This document shows positions 53,935 to 63,452 of a DNA stretch of 64,000 bases, piece by piece. The notes below the pieces were generated by a model. It was not told where the DNA came from and ran no database searches. It worked only from the letters and a program-made list of their open reading frames with translations. The position numbers and the translations under genes were made by a program. Position 1 is the stretch's first letter; each line of letters opens with the position of its first letter. Source of the stretch: an uncultured Chthonomonadaceae bacterium (GTDB lineage Bacteria; Armatimonadota; Chthonomonadetes; Chthonomonadales; Chthonomonadaceae). The stretch lies in the NCBI GenBank assembly GCA_963817895.1, contig CAWFQB010000004.1:576001-640000 (forward strand), written 5' to 3'.

Positions 53935-54579
53935 TCAGGACTGCGCCAGCAACGCCGTAAGCGTATCGTAGACATCGGGGCGAGGTTCGCGCAGTATCCA
54001 TTCGGCCTGCAACGTCAAGCCGGGGAGAGTGGCGAACGTGACCGGTCCTTCGTTGATAACTGTTTCCGCGTAGCCCTCCTCATTGCGGCGCAGCAGGCGG
54101 ATTTCCTGATTGCGAAGATGAACGAAAACCAACTCCGGTACGCCAAGCCCGAAATACTCGGCTTCCAATTCCCGTAAATGCGAAGGGCGGTCATTAGGAG
54201 AGGCGATCTCAATGATCAAGTCCGGCGCGCCGCGAACGGCCTGCTGTTGAACAATATCCATACGCTCTTGCCGCACAAAGAGCAAATCCGGCATTCTGCC
54301 GCCAAACGTATCCGTCTTGACCATGATGCGCGAACTCAGCATCTCCCCCAATCTATTCTTTTGGATAAAGATGCCCGCTACCTGATAAAGCCAGCCTGTA
54401 CATAATTCGTGATCCAGTTGTATGTTCGGTTTTTCCACGACCACGCCCCGCGCTAATTCAATAAAGCGCTCTTCTGCCATAATGAGAAAACGTTCAAAGG
54501 GGATGGGGCGTTCGCCGACATGAACAACGCGGGCTTCCACACTTCGTTCGGTTTCACATTCCAGTAAAAAGTTCGCCAT
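53935..54579 (-). CDS. Uma2/DUF820 endonuclease-fold protein
   Basis: ELARGVVV, MPDLLFV, GAPDLIIEIASPND, YFGLGVPE. Confidence 0.8.
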   Translation of the reverse strand: MANFLLECETERSVEARVVHVGERPIPFERFLIMAEERFIELARGVVVEKPNIQLDHELCTGWLYQVAGIFIQKNRLGEMLSSRIMVKTDTFGGRMPDLLFVRQERMDIVQQQAVRGAPDLIIEIASPNDRPSHLRELEAEYFGLGVPELVFVHLRNQEIRLLRRNEEGYAETVINEGPVTFATLPGLTLQAEWILREPRPDVYDTLTALLAQS

Positions 54580-54680
54580 GTTTTTACTCCCGAAAAGTTG
54601 TATATGCCACAGAATAATACAGGCGCAAGTAGGCATAGGATACACTTGCCCTACAATTTACGACATCAAAGTGTCCGCCA

Positions 54681-55373
54681 TCACGAAACTTTTGCGCTTG
54701 CTTCTTGATCTGTCCACGGGAAGCGGCGCATATCTATTCGTAAAATGGTCTTGTCGGCATCGATTGGCTGCGGTTCGGAAATTTTCTTTTGCCATGACAG
54801 GCTGTTCAGCAGTTTTGACAGCCCGACACGAAATGCCTGAATGTCATCCTCGCCTGCGCCCGCGTTGGCAAGGTGGGTGAGAGTAAAATAGCGGAAATAG
54901 GGGCGGTCACGTTCACTCGCGCGGTTCAGGTCGGCTTCAATTTCACGCAGAATATCGGCTTCGCTGAGGAATTTGCGGGGCGCATTGGGCTTTGCAAACT
55001 TAATTTGAGGCGCGCCCGCTTCGATCCATGCCTTCAGCGTTGCAGTTTCGTTGTCGTTGAGGGGGTTATTTTCACTGCGGGGAGGCATTGGGTCGCCGGG
55101 TGATTTCGCGGCGCGAATGAAGATACGGGATTCGTCCGGCTTTCCCGGCGCGATATGCCCGTTGTCCACCATGAACTTGTAGTCGTGGAAGGTGAAGCCC
55201 GCCGTTTTGTCTTTGCCGTGACATTTGGCGCAATGTTTCTCCAGAACGTCATAGGCTCTTGTTGCCAGGTCGTTGTTTTGCTGTGGCGCAACGGGACTGT
55301 TCGGGAACGCGACTGACGCTACCAAACTCAAACCGGCAAATGAAAACAGGCATATATCCCGCCTGTTCAACAC
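54681..55373 (-). CDS. Planctomycete-type cytochrome c domain protein (PSCyt1-like), apparently C-terminally truncated
   Basis: Signal peptide; CAKCH haem motif; IAPGKPDESRI..., MPP, LKAWIEAGAP. The following domain (RYFTLTHL...LSKLLNSLSW) ends abruptly. Confidence 0.7.
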   Translation of the reverse strand: MLNRRDICLFSFAGLSLVASVAFPNSPVAPQQNNDLATRAYDVLEKHCAKCHGKDKTAGFTFHDYKFMVDNGHIAPGKPDESRIFIRAAKSPGDPMPPRSENNPLNDNETATLKAWIEAGAPQIKFAKPNAPRKFLSEADILREIEADLNRASERDRPYFRYFTLTHLANAGAGEDDIQAFRVGLSKLLNSLSWQKKISEPQPIDADKTILRIDMRRFPWTDQEASAKVS

Positions 55374-55421
55374 GGTGGTCTGTTTATTATGACATGAGAT
55401 ACGCTTAAAACAATGTTGTTA

Positions 55422-55976
55422 TCAGGAACCGTGCTGGAATGCCTGCCAGTGTCCGTTGCCATCCGAATTGGCTTCCGCCGCCAGTTGATAGTGTTCGATG
55501 CTGCCGCGCGGGTTGGGCAGGTAAAAGCGGACGTGGCGGAAACCGTAGGCGTAGGCATAAGGATTGACGACGCGGGTGAGCAGGTCGGTAACAATGGTGG
55601 CATCGCGTCGGGTCGCGTACAAAACCAGAATGGAACGATCTTCCAGCGCGGGCCGTCCCTCCACGACTATATCTCCGCACTGGCGGCGAAGAATGTCGTA
55701 GAAGGGCGCGCGCTGCGCTTCGTAATCATTGATGGCCTTTTGTTCCGGCGTTTGCACGGGCGCAATATTGGGCAAGGTTGAGGGTTGCGAGTTGAGAGTT
55801 GAGGGAGGAATTGAGTTTATAGTTGAGGGTTGAGAGTTGAGGGGAGTGGCTGTTCCCTGCGTGGACGCATTGGGTGCGGTTGCGCTGTTTGTGGGGAACA
55901 GGCGGGGCGCAATCAGCCACAGCACCAACGCGCAGGTGCATCCGGCGACGACAATCAGCATCAGCAGGCGTCCCAT
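55422..55976 (-). CDS. Hypothetical membrane-anchored protein
   Basis: GGAG RBS, N-terminal TM segment, a linker encoded by CTCTCAA-type heptamer repeats, then a globular C-terminal part. Confidence 0.6.
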   Translation of the reverse strand: MGRLLMLIVVAGCTCALVLWLIAPRLFPTNSATAPNASTQGTATPLNSQPSTINSIPPSTLNSQPSTLPNIAPVQTPEQKAINDYEAQRAPFYDILRRQCGDIVVEGRPALEDRSILVLYATRRDATIVTDLLTRVVNPYAYAYGFRHVRFYLPNPRGSIEHYQLAAEANSDGNGHWQAFQHGS

Positions 55977-55989
55977 GGCATCTCCATGC

Positions 55990-56065
55990 AGGGAGCAGGG
56001 AGCAGGGAGCAGGGAGTGGGGTGTAGACCGCCTTTCTACTCCCTATTCCCCACTCCCTACTCCCT
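55990..56065. repeat. Inverted heptamer tandem repeat (AGGGAGC / CTCCCTA)
   Basis: GGGAGCAGGGAGCAGGGAGCAGGGAGTGGGG ... CTACTCCCTATTCCCCACTCCCTACTCCCT. It overlaps the moaE stop. Confidence 0.75.
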
Positions 56066-56486
56066 GAATTATCGCGTTCTCCCCCTCAATCCAGAACGCG
56101 CCGTCCGGGCAGACTTCCCGTTTCCAGATCGGCACGGTATCTTTCAGAGTATCTATGCACCAGCGGCAGGCTTCAAACGCCTGCGCGCGGTGGGGCGAGC
56201 CGACGCAAATGACGATACTGGCTTCCCCCAATTCCAGACGTCCGATGCGATGCTGCATCACGACCTGACAGTTCCAGCGAGTTTCAGCCTCTTCAGCAAG
56301 GCGCTGCATCTGCTTTTGCGCGAGTGGCACATAAGCGTTGTACTCCAGATACGCCACTTCGCGCCCTCTGGAATTATGTCGCACCTGCCCGATGAACGTA
56401 CAGACCGCCCCGTTTGCCACATCGGAAACTTTCGCTTCTAATTCGGCGGCGTTGATAGACGTTTCCGAAATGATTGCTTCAGCCAA
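56043..56486 (-). CDS. moaE: Molybdopterin synthase catalytic subunit
   Basis: GAVCTFIGQVR, LEYNAY, HRIGRL, SPHRAQAFEAC...IDTLKDTVPIWKRE. Confidence 0.92.
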   Translation of the reverse strand: MAEAIISETSINAAELEAKVSDVANGAVCTFIGQVRHNSRGREVAYLEYNAYVPLAQKQMQRLAEEAETRWNCQVVMQHRIGRLELGEASIVICVGSPHRAQAFEACRWCIDTLKDTVPIWKREVCPDGAFWIEGENAIIQGVGSGE

Positions 56487-56537
56487 TAAGAAACTCCTGC
56501 TAAAATGTTTCGCCCAATCAACCATTACCACCAGTGT

Positions 56538-56783
56538 TTATCCGCCGCTCATCGGGGGAAGAACGGCGACCGTATTTTCTGCCTGCAATTTCTCGTCTAA
56601 GGAAGCATACTCTTCCTCTACGGCGAAGCGGCAATGCGCGGCAATATTAACAAAGCGCGGGTCACGTTCCGCCAGAGTTTGCGCCAAATCGCGAACCGTC
56701 GCGTTTTCGGCAAGCGCAAGAGCGAGTTGCCCATTGGGAACATAATCGCTGTAATGGCCGAAAAAGAGAATGTTTACAGTCAT
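56538..56783 (-). CDS. moaD: Molybdopterin synthase sulfur carrier (MoaD/ThiS)
   Basis: MTVNILFF..., C-terminal VAVLPPMSGG. Confidence 0.9.
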   Translation of the reverse strand: MTVNILFFGHYSDYVPNGQLALALAENATVRDLAQTLAERDPRFVNIAAHCRFAVEEEYASLDEKLQAENTVAVLPPMSGG

Positions 56784-57750
56784 GCGCCTGCCTCCTCTGT
56801 TGTTTCTGCGGTTTTCTGGCTGCCTGCGTCGTTTCCGGGTAATGTGGGCATTTCTCCCCGCGCCAGTTGCCGCAAGCGGGACAGATTGACGGCGTGCATG
56901 ATTTCTGATTCGGGCGTTTCCAGAATGATGGGAATGTGCCGCAGGCGGGTATCCGTGACAAGGCGGGCAAAAGCCTCCATGCCGATATGTCCCTCCCCGA
57001 TATGCGAGTGACGATCCACGCGGCAGCCGAGCGGCTTCTGGCAATCGTTGGCATGAATCACTTTAAGATTTTCCAGCCCGATCAGCCGGTCGAAGTCCGC
57101 CATCGTTTGCGCATACGCCGCCTCCGCGCGCAGATCGTAACCGGCGGCGAAAATGTGGCAGGTATCCATGCAAACGCCCAGACGCGGGGTAGGGCCGACT
57201 TCGCGCAAAATGCGGCTCAACTGCTCGAACTGCCAGCCTAATCCGGTTCCCTGTCCCGCCGTCGTTTCCAGCGCGACGCCTACCGTATATCCCAACTTGT
57301 CCGTATCTTCCAGTACCTGTTTCAGGCTGTCCACAAGCCGCGTCATGGCCTCGTCTTCGCCCTGGTCCCGATGCGCGCCCATGTGCGTGACCACCCACGG
57401 AATACCCAACGATTGCGCCCGATCCAGTTCCGCCCGAAACGCCGCCCGCGATTTATTTAGATCTCTACATCCGGCGCTGCCAGATTAATCAGGTGGGAAT
57501 CGTGCGACACGGTTGAAGCGATGCCGGTTTGCTCCTGCGCGTCGCGGAACGCGGCGATAACGTCCGCGCTGAGTGGCCCCATCTGCCACTGTTTGGGATT
57601 GGCGGTAAACAACTGTACCGCGCTGCACCCGATTTTATGCCCCCCGAGCAGGCTGTTATGCAGGCCGCCCGTTGTCGGCATGTGCGCCCCCAACAGGTGC
57701 GCGGAATCTATATCTGTCACAATCCTTACTTTCTTTTCACTATCGGACAC
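56780..57750 (-). CDS. nfo: Endonuclease IV (frameshift near 57460; start approximate)
   Basis: LLGAHMPTTGG, QLFTANP, HDSHLINLA, ETTAGQG, CMDTCHIFAAGYD, HAND, DRHSHIGEG, ILETP. Confidence 0.92.
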
Positions 57751-57793
57751 ATTCTTACCACTGGTTTTCAACCCCTGTCTCTATGGCCTGCGG

Positions 57794-57880
57794 CGTAGGG
57801 ACACAACTTGTTGTGTCCTCCTTTTGTTGTGTCCTCCTTCGACCTTGCGCAATGCGGACACAACAAGTTGTGTTCCTACG
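57794..57880. repeat. GTAG-type REP doublet, family C
   Basis: CGTAGGGACACAACTTGTTGTGTCC ... GGACACAACAAGTTGTGTTCCTACG. Confidence 0.8.
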
Positions 57881-57895
57881 GTGTTGTTTTTGTGA

Positions 57896-58828
57896 TTAGC
57901 AGGAAACCTTGCCGAAAAGTTCCGCGAGAAGCGCGTCCTGCATCGCATCCTCACTGATTTGAACGGGATAGACGCTTTTCACTTCACTTCCCGCCACCAT
58001 GCGGGCGGCGTTCAGCGCGAGCGCGTTGTTCTTGTCCCGAACGCCCACAATCAGCGTTTCGCCCTCCAGGGCCATGCCAACAATTTCATGGGCGCGGGCG
58101 ATGTGTTCCGGGATCAGCGCGGCGGCGCGCGGGTCAATCAGATAGCCATCGGCCCATACAGGCGGGCGTCCGCGCAGGGCGCGTTCACCCTCCACAAGGG
58201 CGCGAAAAAGCGCTTCTTCCGCAAGGGGCGACGTGCCGCGCGCCAGAAACAGATGCCAGCCAATGGTTTCGTTGCTGTAGCGCGTCCAGAACTCCACGTT
58301 TCCCCACGCCAGCGCGTCCCGCAGGTTGTCCACGCGATCCGCCAATTTCACCAGTCGAACCCACTCGCCCGATTTGCGCAATTCGGCAAAGTATCGCGCT
58401 TCACGCGCCGCCTGAACCTCGCGGGGGCCAGGCATCGGTTTTGTCAGGGTTTCTATAGCATGATAAACTTCGTTACCCGCCTCGCGAATGATGTCCTGCT
58501 CATACGCGCCACGCTGATCGCGGGGGCAGTCTTCCAGTGTATCGTGCAGCAGGCAGGTGGCAAGCGTTCGCAGGTCGAAACGCTGCCACTCGTCGGCCAG
58601 AATACGCGCCACCCGCAGCGGGTGCATGATATACGGCGTGGCTATCGGCTCCGTTTCCGCCGTGCGGAACTGTCCGGCATGGGCGCGAACGGAAATGGCG
58701 AACACCCGATCCAGCGCATCCCGCTCCGAAGAAGACAGATGCGTACGCAGCGCCTCCAGATGCCTCCGCGCATCAAAATTTCCGCTGACAGGTGGCTCCA
58801 CATCGATTCCTTCCAGGGATGATGTCAA
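57896..58828 (-). CDS. RelA/SpoT-type HD hydrolase (Mesh1/SAH-like) fused to a C-terminal T2SSE_N (GspE/PilB N-terminal)-like domain
   Basis: AHAGQFR, PYIMHPLRVA, LLHDTLED, VKLADRVDN; C-terminal DPRAAALIPEHIARAHEIV...LIVGVRD...VYPVQISEDAMQDAL. Confidence 0.75.
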   Translation of the reverse strand: MTSSLEGIDVEPPVSGNFDARRHLEALRTHLSSSERDALDRVFAISVRAHAGQFRTAETEPIATPYIMHPLRVARILADEWQRFDLRTLATCLLHDTLEDCPRDQRGAYEQDIIREAGNEVYHAIETLTKPMPGPREVQAAREARYFAELRKSGEWVRLVKLADRVDNLRDALAWGNVEFWTRYSNETIGWHLFLARGTSPLAEEALFRALVEGERALRGRPPVWADGYLIDPRAAALIPEHIARAHEIVGMALEGETLIVGVRDKNNALALNAARMVAGSEVKSVYPVQISEDAMQDALLAELFGKVSC

Positions 58829-58829
58829 A

Positions 58830-58915
58830 GGTTAGGTTGTTAGGTTAGGAGGGGCAGAGAGGTATACAGGAAGCATTTCCTGATAACCTAACAACTAACA
58901 ACCTAACAACCTGAC
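58830..58915. repeat. Inverted heptamer tandem repeat (GTTAGGTT / AACAACT)
   Basis: GGTTAGGTTGTTAGGTTAGG ... CCTAACAACTAACAACCTAACAACC. The same family occurs at 39525-39612 and 63339-63365. Confidence 0.75.
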
Positions 58916-59922
58916 TTAAGCATTGTCCCGAAACGCTTCGGGAACGGTTTGCAGGGGAACGGCAAGGGCGCGAACCAGAGCGGAAAGCATCTGCTCCTTG
59001 TAGATGCTGTTGAGCGCGAGAGCGGCCTGCGTTTGCGCGTACCCGAACGGGATGCCGATGTCGTGCCGTTCGCCGACGGCTTCAAAGGCGAGATAACGCT
59101 CACCCGACGCCCGCAGGCGTTCCTGCGCGCTGGTAAACTGGAACTCGCCCTTTTCGCGCAGGTCGTTGTCCATCGCGATATTTCAGGCAGTCGAAGATTT
59201 GCGGCGTCATAATGTGCATCCCGAAAAAGCACAGGTACATGCCATGCAGCAATCCGGCCTGCCGTAAATGCTCTTCGGCGTACTCCGGCGTGGGCTTTTC
59301 GAAAATGGCTTCCACTTCATACGCCGTCTGCCCGTGTTCTACGCTCTCTTCCAGACGCTTGCCGCAGACCGTGCCGAACAGGTGCAGCAGTTCGGTCGGG
59401 GTTTGCTGCACGGCGGAAACGCTGGCGTTATATTTCTCATATACGTCCAAAATCTGTCGGGCGCACCGTTTGTTGCCCCCCGCCGTGAAAATATGGTCGC
59501 CAAGCATCACAAGAAACGGTTCGTTGCCGACGAAACTCTGCGCCTGATAGACCGCGTGGCCGTAACCCTCCGGCTTTCTCCTGAACCACGAAATGCAGGC
59601 GCGACGCGATCTGCTGAATACGCGCCGATTGCAGCAATGCCCAATCCTTGCCTTTGAACAGGCGCAACTCTTCGGGCGAAAGCGGCGCGAAGTGCTGCTC
59701 GATCTGGGCGCGGTTGTGCGGATTGACAACCAGACAAACCTCTTCGATGCCGCTGTCCAGCGCTTCCTCAATGATGATCTGAATCGCAGGCTTGCAGATG
59801 CCGTCCCGATCCATGACCGGCAGCATCTCTTTTTGTATGGTAGTGGTGGCGGGATACATCCGCGTACCCCGTCCCGCCGCGGTAATCACCGCTTTCCGAA
59901 TCTTGTTCACGCTTTCCTCCAT
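58916..59922 (-). CDS. Sugar-1-phosphate nucleotidyltransferase (GalU-like; frameshifts near 59575 and 59180)
   Basis: KAVITAAGRGTRMYPAT..IQKEMLP, GYGHAV, PFLVMLGDH, EKP, GEFQFT. Confidence 0.82.
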
Positions 59923-59929
59923 GCGAATT

Positions 59930-60053
59930 TAACCACGGGGAACACGGGGGACACGGGGAGATACAGGGGAGAAATTTACCACCAATGAAAGAGATACTCT
60001 ATGATGAGGCTCTTGTTTTCTCCTCCCCGTGTCCTCCGTGTTCCCCGTGGTTA
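59930..60053. repeat. Inverted 9-mer tandem repeat (CACGGGGAA)
   Basis: TAACCACGGGGAACACGGGGGACACGGGGAG / CTCCCCGTGTCCTCCGTGTTCCCCGTGGTTA. Confidence 0.8.
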
Positions 60054-60063
60054 AATTGTTTTA

Positions 60064-61668
60064 TTATCCTCGCATTATCTGTCGCGCGCCGAAGAGGATG
60101 GCTCCGGGCGAACTGCCCACAATGGCGCGGGGGGTGATGCCGGTACGCTGCTGATACGCCTGACAGACTTCCACAAGCGCGTTGTCCGCGTCGGGCGATT
60201 CGTCATCGCACAACACGGCTACTGTGCCGCCCGCGCCGCCGCCCGTGATACGCGCGCCGTACAATCCGCGTTCCGGCCCGCGCTCCCGTATCAACTGTAC
60301 CAGCAAATCGGTTTCGGGCGAACCGAGATTGAGCCGCTCGCCATACGACGCATGGCTGGCATACATTAATTCGCCCGCCTGCTGTAACAATTGTGGGTCG
60401 CCACGAAGGGGAATGGGCGGGATTGGCAGCGGGCGCGTTTCGGTTCCTGCTTCGCTTTGCAACGCCTCGGCTGTGTCCCGCATTTTACGTTCGGCAATCG
60501 CCTGTTCCTCTTCCGCGCGCAGGCTGGCAATGTGCATCAGGGCGTAGAACGTGCCGACTCGCTCGTTTTCCAGTATGGGATGTTCGGCGCAGGCGCGTGG
60601 ATGGTAGGTGGCGGCGGGATCAACGCGGGTGACGACATCCGGCAAACGGCCATACAACTCCTGATACTCCGCGCCCGTGATGGTTTCAGGAATCAGGTCG
60701 CGGTACTGCGCGAACTCTTCGGGCTTCATTTTGCACAGGTAGTTGTCGAGCAGTTTGCCGCCGCTTTCCAGTTGAATCACTTTCAGGCCCATGAACGCGC
60801 CCACGCGGGCATGAGTGTAGCGGCTGCCGCCAACGGAGTGTTTTACGCGGCTGTCTATGCCGACAAAGCGCCATCCGGGCGGAACCTGCTGGTTGCCCAA
60901 CAAATCGTGCGGCTGACAGCGCAGGGCGAGCAGCGCGTTCTGGCGTCCAAGCGCGGACGTGACCTGATCCATGATGCCGCAGGGCGCGCCGACAATGGTG
61001 TTTTCCACGCGCTGACACCACGAGGCCAGAGTCAGATCGCTGGGGTGTATGCCCGCCGCTTCGCTCAGGGCGTGCATGGTGGCGACTTCCAGCGCGGCAG
61101 AAGAAGAGACTCCGGCTCCGAGCGGCACTTCGCTCCAGATAAGGATGTTCGCGCCCACATCTCCCAGACGCGCGTCTTCTCGAACCGCGTGGGGCGCTTT
61201 CACATACGCCGTAAGCATCACATAAAAACAGCCCAACACATAACTGGCCCAGCGCGTGTGCGGGTCTGCGGTCAGGTGGGCGCGAACCTCGTCAGCCGAG
61301 CGAAGCGAACCGTCCTCGCGCAACAGTTCATCCAGCGAAATAGTGACATCATGCGCCAGCCCTTCGGCCTCCACGTCCAGACTGCGAACGCGCAGGTTCC
61401 GGTCACTGCGCCATTGAATAGCGGCGCAACAGGCGTGGGCAATCGGCATTTCAAGCACCAAACTGCCGGAGTAATCCGCCACGCCGCCCATCACATCCAA
61501 TCGTCCCGGCGCGCGCGCCCCCGCGATAGGACCTTCCCCATCAAAAAACTCCTGCGCTTCATTCTGTACCAGAGTTTCAAACCGCTTCCATTGCGTCTCC
61601 GCATCGGGAAGGGGCGCAAACAGTGTTCGTAACGCGTTGTCATCCGGGTTTTGCGCTGATGCGCTCAT
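60064..61668 (-). CDS. GHMP sugar-1-kinase, L-arabinokinase/galactokinase-like
   Basis: APGRLDVMGGVADYSGSLVLEMPI, VPLGAGVSSSAA, GAPCGIMDQ, GIDS, GARITGGGAGG. Confidence 0.85.
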   Translation of the reverse strand: MSASAQNPDDNALRTLFAPLPDAETQWKRFETLVQNEAQEFFDGEGPIAGARAPGRLDVMGGVADYSGSLVLEMPIAHACCAAIQWRSDRNLRVRSLDVEAEGLAHDVTISLDELLREDGSLRSADEVRAHLTADPHTRWASYVLGCFYVMLTAYVKAPHAVREDARLGDVGANILIWSEVPLGAGVSSSAALEVATMHALSEAAGIHPSDLTLASWCQRVENTIVGAPCGIMDQVTSALGRQNALLALRCQPHDLLGNQQVPPGWRFVGIDSRVKHSVGGSRYTHARVGAFMGLKVIQLESGGKLLDNYLCKMKPEEFAQYRDLIPETITGAEYQELYGRLPDVVTRVDPAATYHPRACAEHPILENERVGTFYALMHIASLRAEEEQAIAERKMRDTAEALQSEAGTETRPLPIPPIPLRGDPQLLQQAGELMYASHASYGERLNLGSPETDLLVQLIRERGPERGLYGARITGGGAGGTVAVLCDDESPDADNALVEVCQAYQQRTGITPRAIVGSSPGAILFGARQIMRG

Positions 61669-61911
61669 TTCTACTCCTCAAGTTCCCTGTAATATCGTCC
61701 GCCTGGCGGCTAAAATCAAATTTCCAAAGCACGATCCCAAATACGAAGCCCACATTCAGGCGCGTTTCTGAAACTTTCCTCATGCTGTTATCCACTTGTC
61801 ACGGTTCGCGCGAATTCTGCTGCGATATGATAGCCCGAAATGCGCCTCCTGTCAATCAGTCCGGCATATTTGCCGGATATAAGAATAAAGGAAAAATTAA
61901 CGAACCCGCGC

Positions 61912-61936
61912 TGAACATTTTATGATGGCCTGCGTC
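61912..61936 (+). promoter_or_regulatory. Putative ECF-sigma promoter
   Basis: TGAAC-N16-CGTC upstream of the small secreted protein gene. Confidence 0.45.
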
Positions 61937-62044
61937 GAAGAGTATGAACGGCGTTGTAAGGCAATGATTGCAAAGTTTACCGGCGTCGTTCATCGAGCTG
62001 CTGATTGAAAATTAAAACAAAAGGATTGTGAAAGGAACAATTCG

Positions 62045-62347
62045 ATGAAGAACACACTGAACTGGAAACTCGGCCTGGGCGCGGCGGGCCTCTGTATTTT
62101 GAGCGGGGCGTTTCTTGTCCCGCAGAACACTCCGGCATCCGCGCAAAACCTTGCGCCCATTCCCGTGCTGAAACAGCGCGGCATGGAGAAGCATCCTGAA
62201 ATCCGCAAGGCTATACGTAATCTGGAGCAGGCCAAAACCAATCTGACAAACGCCGCCCATGATTTCGACGGGCATCGCGAAAAGGCGCTCGACCTGACAA
62301 ATCAGGCCCTCGCCGAGTGCAAACTGGCTCTCAAAGCCGACAAGTAA
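62045..62347 (+). CDS. Small secreted helical protein (HP...HDFxGHRxxA family)
   Basis: AAGGA RBS, signal peptide, EKHPEIRKAIRNLEQAK..L..AAHDFDGHREKAL. Confidence 0.75.
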   Translation: MKNTLNWKLGLGAAGLCILSGAFLVPQNTPASAQNLAPIPVLKQRGMEKHPEIRKAIRNLEQAKTNLTNAAHDFDGHREKALDLTNQALAECKLALKADK

Positions 62348-62389
62348 GCGCGCGTTCGCAGGAAGCAGTCCTGACGCTGCTGCCCATCT

Positions 62390-62449
62390 CCTGCCTCTGC
62401 TCACTCGTTCTAACCGGAACGGAGCCAGTGAACAGAGGCAGGCGTTTTT
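62390..62449 (+). terminator. Intrinsic terminator-like hairpin
   Basis: CCTGCCTCTGCTCACT / AGTGAACAGAGGCAGG followed by CGTTTTT. Confidence 0.55.
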
Positions 62450-62588
62450 GTTGTTTTCCATTCCACATGAAAGGCGCAATTCTGCCGAAAAAGTGTATAA
62501 TGCTGATAGGTTCTGACGCTTTGTTCGAGGCTATCAGGGATTTTCAATCCCAAGCACAAACAATGCCTTAAATCTGAAACGCGCCCCC

Positions 62589-63332
62589 ATGTTGTCGTCT
62601 GTGAAGGATTCTACCCGCATGGTAAGATTGTCGCTTTCTTTGCAGCCTCGTTTTCGTAACAAGCCTCACGCGCTGAATTCACGCCGAATTATCAGGGCTG
62701 TTCTCCCCGTCTTCAAACTGTGTACTCCCCGGCTGCGAACCGCATTTTGTTTGCTGTGCGCGTTTGTTGCGGCGTGTGTCGCCTGCTGTATTCCCTCGGT
62801 TGCTTCCCTGCATGTGCGGGACGACGCGCCTCATGCGGAGCAGTGGTTTCGCCTGTACAATGAGTTGCCGGACGTGTGGAAAACGCGCCGCGTCGTCAAA
62901 CTGCGGGAACTTCCGCCGCGCGAGATGGAGCGGCTTATCGCGAAATTAGGTGGCGGCGAAGCGGATCGGAACGACGATTCCGTTGTGGATGGCTGCTACC
63001 AGAGCGGGGATGAGGACGAGGATACGCCTGTTATTACGCTCTGCGATAATCTGCGCGGCGAACAGGCGGGACTGGTGTTTACGCACGAGTACGGACATTT
63101 CGTATGGGGGGAGTTGCTGACCAACAGTGAACGCGCCCGCTACACGCGCCTCTGGCGAACGCAAAAACGCGCCCATCATCTGGTGACGGAGTACGCGCGC
63201 GACTCGGACGAAGAGGGCTTTGCGGAAGCGTTCGCTTACTTTTTGCGCAGGCCCTCCCAACTGCAAAAGCGCGACCCCGCTTCCCTGCAATTTTGCCGCG
63301 AGTTGGTTGAAAACAGGCAGATAGGTAAGTAG
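62589..63332 (+). CDS. Secreted/anchored zincin metallopeptidase-like protein (anthrax LF / Pro-Pro endopeptidase-like); start uncertain
   Basis: Hydrophobic N-terminal segment; HEYGH (HExxH); downstream EYARDSDEEGFAEAFAYF...RDP. Confidence 0.7.
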   Translation: MLSSVKDSTRMVRLSLSLQPRFRNKPHALNSRRIIRAVLPVFKLCTPRLRTAFCLLCAFVAACVACCIPSVASLHVRDDAPHAEQWFRLYNELPDVWKTRRVVKLRELPPREMERLIAKLGGGEADRNDDSVVDGCYQSGDEDEDTPVITLCDNLRGEQAGLVFTHEYGHFVWGELLTNSERARYTRLWRTQKRAHHLVTEYARDSDEEGFAEAFAYFLRRPSQLQKRDPASLQFCRELVENRQIGK

Positions 63333-63381
63333 GTAAATAGGTTGTTAGGTTGTTAGTTTGTTAGAGCCTGTCATAGTAGTT

Positions 63382-63429
63382 GCCCCTTCTCCCAAAAAAG
63401 CCTGGGAGAAGGGGCCAGGGGTTGAGGGC
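63382..63429. repeat. CCCCTTCTCCC/GGGAGAAGGGG palindromic REP-like element
   Basis: GCCCCTTCTCCCA...TGGGAGAAGGGGC plus GGGGTTGAGGG. Related hairpins lie inside the GT gene at 45038-45138. Confidence 0.65.
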
Positions 63430-63452
63430 CATTCAGAATGGGAGATGTGGGT

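Noticed and set aside
61785..61800. DnaA box / replication origin
   Set aside because: Only one imperfect TTATCCAC match, no cluster and no dnaA context.
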